DNA from: Chlamydiales bacterium
GTDB lineage: Bacteria > Chlamydiota > Chlamydiia > Chlamydiales > FEN-1388
Assembly: GCA_041737255.1 (NCBI GenBank)
Contig: JBGSSB010000079.1
Coordinates: forward strand, 1 to 55,637
Direction: 5' to 3'
DNA: 55,637 nt
Shown here: positions 10,241-17,714 of the stretch, one piece after another
How the letters are laid out: the number at the start of each line of letters is the position of its first letter
Position numbering within the stretch: position 1 is the stretch's first letter
Translations under genes and position numbers: made by a program
The notes under the pieces: model-generated
Seen by the model: only the letters and a program-made list of their open reading frames with translations
Told to the model about the DNA's origin: nothing
Databases searched by the model: none

Positions 10241-13200
10241 ATGCATATACCTGATTTTTTAGAGCCATATAGATTGGCTGGACAGACACTTTTAGCTTCT
10301 GGTGCTGTAAAAGGGCTAGTTTTTTCTGGACCTACGTATCAAATTGAGATTCTCGATCCTGTTTTATCTGACCCTTTGTGGGTGTTTTTGCAATTTGACG
10401 ATAAAGAAGAAATTAAAGATCTTTTTTGCAGTTGCGAGGAATCTAGCGAAAAGGGTGCGTGTAGTCATATGGCCGCGGCTTGCTACTATGTCTATCACAA
10501 AAACAATAAGCCCCAGCATGTGCGCTTTGAGATAAGTTTGTGGCATCATCTTTTTTTGAAAATGCAAGAAGATGTGGCTCCTCGAAAACCGCGCATAGAG
10601 CAAAAAGAGGACTCAATTGAAGTGTTCACAGAAGATAATTCCCTTTTGTTTCGTGTAAAAGGTAAAGGTGATGTTTTCGATGCATTTTCTCAGCTTCTTC
10701 AGCCCAAACCCGAGGAAACTGAAGAAACTTCAATTAAGTTCTCTAGTCTTTCTGAAGAAGAACTTGATCGTTGGCGCGAAGGGCGTCCATCTCTTCGTTT
10801 GCGCTATGAGCTTTCCTTTTTTTCTGATGTTGCCAAGTGGTTTTTTGCTAAACAAGAAGAAGACAAAAATATTCCCGTTATATTTTCCCCTTTAAAGGCT
10901 ATTCCGAAGCAGGTGGAAATTACCTATAAAGAGCTTAAGTTAGAGGCGTCTGTTGATATGCTGTCGCTTGTGGGCTCTCTTAATACCGTAGACGCAAACA
11001 TTCGTTTGTTAGAGGAGAGCGAGTATTCTTTAGAACGTATTGAGTTTGACGCTAATAATGGTGCCTTCATCTTTTATTCAGGCCAAGCCGATCCATCTCG
11101 CCAAAAGTCAGCTATTGCCTATGGCCCATGGTTTTATTTACCGGAGGCTGGTTTTTTGTCACTTACAGCAAAGCCTAAAAGCCAGACTGTTAAAAAAGAA
11201 AAAGACGAAATTATTAAATTGTTTACGGAGTCGCTTCACATTCTTAAAGAATATCTTGATGCGCCAATAGATGAAGAGGTAAAAGAGGTTCGTTATTCAA
11301 TTTATTTTGACTCAAAAGCGCGACTACACGTAGAGGCCTATCTCAACGAGATTCATGATTTAGAGCAAACACATGTTTGGGGTGATTGGGCCTATTTAGA
11401 TGGGGCCTTTGTCAAGCTTGCTCCACGGAAGTTTGAAGAGCTTCATTTTATTGTGCCAAAAGATGAGCTTTCCAGTTTCCTTATGGCTCACCGTTTATGG
11501 CTTAGTCAGTTTGATGGGTTTCACGTTCATGTAGCAAAGCTCGAAGAGCAGATTCTTTATGAAATTGATCAGTTAGGAAACCTTACATTTCGTTCGGTAC
11601 TACACAGGCTTCCTGGCACAAAAAAATGTTTAGATCTCGGAGATTGGCTCTACACCGCAGGCGATGGCTTTTATGTAAAAAATTTCACCGATGATAACCC
11701 GCCGCTTCCTTTTGGAAGGCAGATTCCACGTCACCTCGTGGCAGAATATATTCGTCATCATTTAGAACTTCTGCAGGGAGTTCCTGACTTTTTTACAGCT
11801 GATAACCCTATATCAGGAGTTGGCTTAAAAATAGAGTTAAGAAAAAAAGGCACTATTGAAATTCAACCTGAGTATGAATGGCATGTACCAGAAGATGTTA
11901 ACTCGAGCTTTTTTTATGATGAGTTCGTATTTATTCGAGATAAAGGGTTTTATCGCCTTCCTCAACCATTTAGACCAGCCCACCTTACCCGTGAAATTAC
12001 ATCTACTGATCCGCAGGCGTGGAGTAGTTTTTTTCAAGAGTTATTGCCTAAGTTAAAAGAAGAGTATAATTGCAAGGTTGACTCGCGTCTTGAAATGGCT
12101 GAGCAGCTAGCCCTTACGGTGTCACCGCAAGAAAAGGCTGGTGTCACCCCCATGAGATTATCTGACTGGGGACTTGACGTATCATGGGAGAGTCAAAAGG
12201 GCTCTATTGCCATGAAAGAGCTTATTGCTGCTAAAAAGAAGCAGGAGCGCTTTTTGCCTACAGATGCTGGCGTCATAGATTTAACAGAAGACCGCTTCCG
12301 ATGGCTTGACACGGTTAAAGAGAGGACAAAAACTAAAGGCGAAGGCGATATCACGCTGAACCCAGCCGATTTTTTACGCGTTACAGCTTACGATACAATA
12401 CATGTAGATACAAAGGGTCTGAAGTCTAGAGAATCATTTAAGCAGCTTTTAGAGCGGCTGCTTGTTCAAAAGCCTACGCAGGATATTGAGCTATCATCTC
12501 TTAAATGCGAGTTGCGTTCCTATCAAAAAATTGGCGTTGATTGGCTTTGGTTTTTATATCAAAATGACCTTTCTGGGCTGCTTTGCGATGATATGGGTGT
12601 GGGTAAGACTCACCAGGCTATGGGACTGATGGATGGTGTGCGCAACTATAAGCGCAAAGAGGGTAAAAAAAGTCTCTTCTTGGTGGTGTGTCCTACAAGC
12701 TTAGTGTACCACTGGCAAGATAAGCTTGAACGCTTTTTACCAGATTTTAAGATAAAGGTTTTTGTTGGCGTGGCACGTTCGCTGGATGATTTTGAAGGCG
12801 ATTATGATATCTTGCTTACAAGTTATGGAATTTGGCGAAATGAAAGCAAAAAATTTGCCAAACACTACTTTGATGCGGCTTTTTTTGATGAGCTGCAGAT
12901 TGCCAAAAATCATGTAAGCCAAATCCATACGGCGCTCTTACAGGTTCATGCCATTTTAAAAATAGGCCTTACAGGAACCCCTATTGAAAATCATCTAAGA
13001 GAGCTTAAAGCACTTTTTGACCTTGTTTTACCAGGCTACATGCCACACGATGCTGATTTTCGCGAATTTTTTATGCGCCCAATAGAGCGCGGTGATAATC
13101 CAAAACGAAAAGAGCTGCTTTCACGCTTTGTCAGACCCTTTGTACTGCGTAGAAGAAAGTGCGATGTCTTACCTGATTTGCCGGTAAAAACAGAAGATCT

Positions 13201-13930
13201 GGCCTATGCCCATCTAGCTGATGAGCAAAAAACACTCTACAAAACTGTGGCATCTCAACAGGCGCAGCCACTTATTCGTCAGTTAAGAGATGAGGGATCT
13301 CCTATTCCTTACATGCATATCTTTGCTGTTTTATCGGCCCTTAAGCAGGTTTGTAATCACCCAGCGGCATATCTAAAAGATGTCGCCAACTATGAGGCGT
13401 ATCAATCTGGTAAGTGGGAGGCTTTTGTAGAGCTTGTCGAAGAGGCCATCGAAAGTGAGCAGAAGGTGGTTGTCTTTTCGCAGTTTCTTGCCATGCTTGA
13501 TATTATCGAGCTTTTTCTTAAAAAAAGAGGTGTTGGGTATGCCCAAATTCGTGGCCAAACAAAAAATCGAGGCGACGAGATAAGCCGCTTCCACAACGAC
13601 CCTGACTGTAAAATCTTTTTGGGCTCTCTGCAGGCAGCAGGTCTTGGTATTGACCTTACCCCAGCCTCTGTTGTTATCCACTATGACCGTTGGTGGAATG
13701 CTGCAAGGGAGAACCAGGCAACAGATCGCGTGCACCGTATTGGCCAGGTAAGAGGTGTTCAGGTGTTTAAGCTACTTACAAAGGCAACTATTGAAGAGCG
13801 TATCGATCAGCTTATTTCACAAAAGGCTACCTTACTCGAAGATGTAGTCTTTTTTGATGATCACCAAATCGTTAAACGCCTTTCTCGCCATGAGATAATC
13901 TCTTTGTTAGAGGGATTGCCTGAGGAGTAA
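10241..13930 (+). CDS. SNF2/SWI2-family helicase with an N-terminal SWIM zinc finger
   Basis: 1229 aa. SWIM CxCx8CxH is present (C63-S-C65...C74-S-H76, nt 10427-10468). Helicase motifs are LCDDMGVGKTHQ (I), FFDELQ (II), LTGTPIEN (III) and the C-terminal QATDRVHRIGQ (VI). Confidence 0.92.
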   Translation: MHIPDFLEPYRLAGQTLLASGAVKGLVFSGPTYQIEILDPVLSDPLWVFLQFDDKEEIKDLFCSCEESSEKGACSHMAAACYYVYHKNNKPQHVRFEISLWHHLFLKMQEDVAPRKPRIEQKEDSIEVFTEDNSLLFRVKGKGDVFDAFSQLLQPKPEETEETSIKFSSLSEEELDRWREGRPSLRLRYELSFFSDVAKWFFAKQEEDKNIPVIFSPLKAIPKQVEITYKELKLEASVDMLSLVGSLNTVDANIRLLEESEYSLERIEFDANNGAFIFYSGQADPSRQKSAIAYGPWFYLPEAGFLSLTAKPKSQTVKKEKDEIIKLFTESLHILKEYLDAPIDEEVKEVRYSIYFDSKARLHVEAYLNEIHDLEQTHVWGDWAYLDGAFVKLAPRKFEELHFIVPKDELSSFLMAHRLWLSQFDGFHVHVAKLEEQILYEIDQLGNLTFRSVLHRLPGTKKCLDLGDWLYTAGDGFYVKNFTDDNPPLPFGRQIPRHLVAEYIRHHLELLQGVPDFFTADNPISGVGLKIELRKKGTIEIQPEYEWHVPEDVNSSFFYDEFVFIRDKGFYRLPQPFRPAHLTREITSTDPQAWSSFFQELLPKLKEEYNCKVDSRLEMAEQLALTVSPQEKAGVTPMRLSDWGLDVSWESQKGSIAMKELIAAKKKQERFLPTDAGVIDLTEDRFRWLDTVKERTKTKGEGDITLNPADFLRVTAYDTIHVDTKGLKSRESFKQLLERLLVQKPTQDIELSSLKCELRSYQKIGVDWLWFLYQNDLSGLLCDDMGVGKTHQAMGLMDGVRNYKRKEGKKSLFLVVCPTSLVYHWQDKLERFLPDFKIKVFVGVARSLDDFEGDYDILLTSYGIWRNESKKFAKHYFDAAFFDELQIAKNHVSQIHTALLQVHAILKIGLTGTPIENHLRELKALFDLVLPGYMPHDADFREFFMRPIERGDNPKRKELLSRFVRPFVLRRRKCDVLPDLPVKTEDLAYAHLADEQKTLYKTVASQQAQPLIRQLRDEGSPIPYMHIFAVLSALKQVCNHPAAYLKDVANYEAYQSGKWEAFVELVEEAIESEQKVVVFSQFLAMLDIIELFLKKRGVGYAQIRGQTKNRGDEISRFHNDPDCKIFLGSLQAAGLGIDLTPASVVIHYDRWWNAARENQATDRVHRIGQVRGVQVFKLLTKATIEERIDQLISQKATLLEDVVFFDDHQIVKRLSRHEIISLLEGLPEE

Positions 13931-14162
13931 CACGTTTACTCTACATTCGGCAGCTCAAAGTGGTCAATGCACTGACTATTTTGAGCTACTGGGGTTAAGG
14001 TAATAAAAGCCTAAACATTCTATCCTCTAAAATTATAATTCCTCATAGTTCTCCGGCAGATATGTACAAATAATATCACGAAGGTGGTTCCTGTGGTTTT
14101 GTTGTATATTTTTAAATAAATAAATGCATAATTTGGAAATGGTGCATTTTTAGGGAGGTGCC

Positions 14163-14654
14163 ATGAATTCGGTACTAGGTTGTGTCCGTTCAATTTTTAG
14201 TGGTCTTTGTTGTGGGGCTTGCTTTGATGACGAAGTTGACCTAGAAGAGCCTAAAGAAAAATTCAATCGCTACATAGTCGCCTTGGAAAGAGACTGCAGC
14301 ATATGTCTTGACGATTTTGAGAAGACTGATTTTGTCGCTAGAAGGCTTTTTCGTACACCATGTTGCAAAAACTATTTTCATGATGATTGCTTGAAAGACT
14401 ATGTGAAAGAAAAAAAGATTACATGCGCTATTTGTTACAACGTGTTTGACTACGAAAAAAATAAAAAGCCCTGGAATGGCTATCTTGTACGAATCCACAA
14501 GCAGGTAGTAACAGCGCTTGGTTTCAGAGATGATGAAGTTGCACGAGAAGTCGCAGAAAAAGAGCTAGAAGAGCAGCAGCTGGAGCTCTTAAGGGTACGA
14601 AAGCAAATAGAAGCAGATAAAAAGCTGGCCGATCAGCTGGCCCAGCTAGAGTAA
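14163..14654 (+). CDS. RING-like zinc-finger protein with a C-terminal coiled coil (candidate eukaryote-mimicking E3 ligase/effector)
   Basis: 163 aa with AGGGAGG RBS at 14152-14158. Cys/His pattern CSIC-x18-CC-x4-H-x2-C-x11-C-x2-C (aa 45-91). N-terminal Cys cluster GLCCGAC and a charged C-terminal helix. Confidence 0.6.
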   Translation: MNSVLGCVRSIFSGLCCGACFDDEVDLEEPKEKFNRYIVALERDCSICLDDFEKTDFVARRLFRTPCCKNYFHDDCLKDYVKEKKITCAICYNVFDYEKNKKPWNGYLVRIHKQVVTALGFRDDEVAREVAEKELEEQQLELLRVRKQIEADKKLADQLAQLE

Positions 14655-14721
14655 TTTTTATACACAGTATTGGGCATGACCCTCGAGTTGAGTCAGGCTT
14701 AACAATCTTATAATGGTAGCT

Positions 14722-14967
14722 TTAGATCCATTCTTTCATCAGCTTTTTGATTTGTGTTTGGTAAGGGATTCCCGATAGCTTGCATTTTGTTTTAAAGGCA
14801 TGCAGAAGCGAGGGTTCAATTTTCATGCTGATAAGTTGGCACTTTTCAGCAACTTCTCCATGAAGAGTACGAAAATCCTCAAGAAATTGGAGGATCTGAT
14901 CTGGTGTAAGATCTTTGCAGCGCTCAAGATACTCTTTGTTGAAATACTGAACAGGACGCTCTTTCAT
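14722..14967 (-). CDS. BrnA/CopG-like ribbon-helix-helix protein (putative antitoxin/regulator)
   Basis: 81 aa. The C-terminal half (LISMKIEPSLLHAFKTKCKLSGIPYQTQIKKLMKEWI) matches the BrnA-type antitoxin pattern (RHH strand + GxxYQTxI...L). An ATGA overlap joins it to the upstream ORF, and there is an internal GGAG RBS. Confidence 0.6.
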   Translation of the reverse strand: MKERPVQYFNKEYLERCKDLTPDQILQFLEDFRTLHGEVAEKCQLISMKIEPSLLHAFKTKCKLSGIPYQTQIKKLMKEWI

Positions 14968-15422
14968 AGTTGCTCCAGTGATTTAATATCCTCGAGGTCT
15001 TGAGGACGCCCTGAGGCATGTTTCATAGCGATAAGATCTTTCTTGCTTAATACTTTGATATTTCCAGAGTGTGTTTTAATAGTTTTAGTGGTGGATCCAG
15101 TTAAGTCATAATTAATAATAATGTCTACCTGCTGAATTTGATTTATTGGGTTATAAAAATTCCAGGCCATCAGATTTTTATTTTTTATGTATTCATCACG
15201 GAAGGTAAATATGGTTTTTGCGTCCACAGGAATTCTTGATGTAAGACCTAGATTTTTCAATACCATCTCTACCTTTTCAAGGTTTGTAAGCGACCAGCGA
15301 ATAGCAAAATCTATATCGAATGTTCCCCTGGGTGCTCCATGAAAGGCAACAGCATAGCCTCCAACAACAGCATAGGGTATTTTTGCTTCCGCAAAGGCAT
15401 CGCAGACGGTGTGTATAAACAT
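14964..15422 (-). CDS. Small Pol-beta-fold nucleotidyltransferase (putative toxin-like partner)
   Basis: Carries the minimal NTase signature VVGGYAVAFHGAPRGTFDIDF (GG...G-x-R-x-T-x-DxD) and the tail DLIAMKHASGRPQDLEDI. I prefer the ATG at 15422 (GAGGAGG RBS 4 nt upstream) to the track start at 15461. Confidence 0.6.
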   Translation of the reverse strand: MFIHTVCDAFAEAKIPYAVVGGYAVAFHGAPRGTFDIDFAIRWSLTNLEKVEMVLKNLGLTSRIPVDAKTIFTFRDEYIKNKNLMAWNFYNPINQIQQVDIIINYDLTGSTTKTIKTHSGNIKVLSKKDLIAMKHASGRPQDLEDIKSLEQL

Positions 15423-15436
15423 AATCCTCCTCGAGG

Positions 15437-15454
15437 GTATATACTGGTATATAC
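15437..15454. promoter_or_regulatory. Doubled 8-bp palindrome GTATATAC-TG-GTATATAC (candidate operator / -10 region of the NTase-RHH operon)
   Basis: Two identical self-complementary octamers at 15437-15444 and 15447-15454, 15 nt upstream of the preferred start codon on the minus strand. Confidence 0.4.
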
Positions 15455-15562
15455 TTATCATATCATAAGAAGGGATTTCTTTGTCTGTGGGGGTTGACTA
15501 ATGGTGTCGGGAATTTGCTTATCAGACCGAGATTTAGTCAGCAGAACGAATCCAGGCCGTCC

Positions 15563-17017
15563 CTAATCTTCCGTGTCACCATCAATGATATCATCATCAA
15601 ATTCGACGTCATCTTCAATTCCAAGTGCTGCGCGCATTGCGGGGTTGAAGGATGGGAGGTCGCGGTCAAATGATGTAGAGCTTGGGGCAAAGCCACTTTT
15701 CTTCTTTTGAGGGGCTTTTGCTTTAAGTTGGAACACAAGAGGAACGCCTCTAAAGCCAAAAGTATTGCGAAGGGTGTTGATTAAATACTTCTGGTACGTT
15801 GGCTCGCAGAGTTTTGGCTGGTTAACAAAAAGCACAAAGTGAGGTGGCTGTATCGCAACTTGCGTCATATAATAGACGCGCAGGCGCTTTCCGCCTAGTA
15901 CTGGTGGGTGATACAGCTGCATAGCTTGGGTTAGACATTTGTTTAGTGGGCCTGTTGAGATACGCGTTGAATAGGCTTCTAATACTTCGTCGACAGCATG
16001 AAAAATTTTGTCTAGGTTGCGCTTTGTGATTGCGGAGATACAAATTTTTGGACAGTGTGCCAAAAATGGTACTTCTTCTTCAATTCCCTGAAGACAGTGC
16101 TCCATTCTAAAGCCTTTAGCAAGGTCCCACTTGTTTATTAAAACAACGCAGCTCTTCTTGGATTGCTCTATCATTTTAGCGATCTTTTTTTCTTCAGAGG
16201 TAATTCCTTGTAGGGCATCAATTACAAGAAGGCAGACGCTTGAGCGTTCGATAGCTCCTTCGGTTCTGATGTGCGCGTATTTTTCGACTACTTCTTTTTC
16301 TTTTTGCTTTTTGCGGATACCGGCTGTATCGATAAAAACGTAGGTTTTGTCTTTAAAGACAACTTCTGTGTCAATACTGTCTCGCGTGGTTCCGGCAAGG
16401 GGGCTAACAATAGTTCTTTCGTCGCCTACAAGGGCGTTAAGAAGGGTGGATTTGCCAACATTTGGCCGTCCAATAATGGCAACTTGAGGAAAAGCAGGTA
16501 CTTCATCTTCTACTGCTGGAACCGGGACATCTTTAAGAGCCGCCTCTATAAGTTCAGCTATTTGGTATCCGTGTATTGCAGATACGGCAACCATTTTTTC
16601 AATTCCAAGAGCTGAAAATTCATATAGGGAGCTTTGTTGCGAGTGGTGATCTATTTTGTTAACAGCAAGGCTTAGCGGCTTATTTGAGCGATGGAGTAAT
16701 CGGGCTACTTGCATATCTAAGTCTAGCGGACGCGCTTTGCCATCTACTACCATAATGATAGAATCGGCCTCTCTGATCGCGATCTCTGCTTGGCGGTAGA
16801 TAAGGTCGCCATAGGGGTCATCTTTGCGTCCCATGCCGCCTGTGTCAATAAGTTCAAAAGCGGTGCCAAAGGCTTCTGTTTTGGCATAGAGTCTGTCGCG
16901 AGTGATGCCTTCGGCTTCATCTACGATGGAAATCTTTTTTTTGCAGATGGCATTAAAGAGCGCTGATTTTCCAACGTTTGGTCTGCCAACGAGAGCAATT
17001 CTAATAAGCTTTTTCAT
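15563..17017 (-). CDS. der: Ribosome-associated GTPase Der/EngA
   Basis: 484 aa with two tandem G domains ([12 protein letters not shown]...DTGG; [12 protein letters not shown]...DTAG...NKWD), a KH-like C-terminal domain and an acidic tail. Confidence 0.95.
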   Translation of the reverse strand: MKKLIRIALVGRPNVGKSALFNAICKKKISIVDEAEGITRDRLYAKTEAFGTAFELIDTGGMGRKDDPYGDLIYRQAEIAIREADSIIMVVDGKARPLDLDMQVARLLHRSNKPLSLAVNKIDHHSQQSSLYEFSALGIEKMVAVSAIHGYQIAELIEAALKDVPVPAVEDEVPAFPQVAIIGRPNVGKSTLLNALVGDERTIVSPLAGTTRDSIDTEVVFKDKTYVFIDTAGIRKKQKEKEVVEKYAHIRTEGAIERSSVCLLVIDALQGITSEEKKIAKMIEQSKKSCVVLINKWDLAKGFRMEHCLQGIEEEVPFLAHCPKICISAITKRNLDKIFHAVDEVLEAYSTRISTGPLNKCLTQAMQLYHPPVLGGKRLRVYYMTQVAIQPPHFVLFVNQPKLCEPTYQKYLINTLRNTFGFRGVPLVFQLKAKAPQKKKSGFAPSSTSFDRDLPSFNPAMRAALGIEDDVEFDDDIIDGDTED

Positions 17018-17121
17018 AATCTCAACTTAAATGGTAAGGATGAACAGTGTAGAGGTTTTTATTAAAAAAATCAACGCAAAGTTGATTTGAGCCTTTTTTG
17101 CTCTTTTAGTAGTACTAATTG

Positions 17122-17655
17122 TAACATCTTGCATAACCACAATTCCGCTGCCCTTGCCTAATTAGTGTTTTTTTTAACCATTGCCACTACCATAGAGCCC
17201 TTAAGAGACAACCGCATGAATGATAATTATAATTTACATCGAGCAATCCGTTTCTTTTTGTTTTAGAGCCCGCAGGGCGACTTATTTTAGCCCACTGTGA
17301 CCGTTAAGGGAACTGTGGCAATGCCACACACTATTCCTGGAGTCCGACTAAGGGCGATTCAATCACATGCTATGGCCAAATTGTACTAAACACATGTGAT
17401 TTGAATCGTCCTCAGTCGGCCTCCCATAAATTTTCCCTTCTTCCCAAAGCTTCCTAAGGGGTGCTCTGGGCTAGGATAAGTTGCTCTACACGAGCTCTAA
17501 AACAAAAAACAACCACCTAATAAAAAATGCATTTAGCACTTCTGCAATTGTCTCGGCAGGGGGCATGGTGAAACCCGGGGTAGAAGATAAAAAGAATCGG
17601 ACTGCGTGAGCAGTCCAAGATTGGGGTAGGGGAATTGTGGTTATGCAAGATGTAA
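17122..17655. repeat. Nested inverted-repeat element filling most of the der/sctC intergenic region
   Basis: The outer inverted repeat is a perfect 23 bp (17124-17146 ACATCTTGCATAACCACAATTCC vs 17631-17653). Inside it is a ~252-bp imperfect palindrome (17256-17507) made of two head-to-head ~115-nt units. The tip stem is 17356-17369 / 17393-17407. Confidence 0.8.
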
Positions 17656-17658
17656 AAT

Positions 17659-17702
17659 AAAAAAACCCCCTAACCACACGAAGATGGTTAGGGGGTTTTT
17701 TT
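17659..17702. terminator. Bidirectional rho-independent terminator (ends sctC transcription)
   Basis: An A-run, then CCCCCTAACCA (17666-17676) pairing with TGGTTAGGGGG (17685-17695), then T7. It begins 13 nt after the sctC stop on the minus strand. Confidence 0.85.
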
Positions 17703-17714
17703 GTAAGAGACTCT

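Noticed and set aside
17486-17677. 63-aa minus-strand ORF inside the der/sctC spacer
   Set aside because: It spans repeat arms and the terminator stem, so it is most likely a by-product of the inverted-repeat structure.
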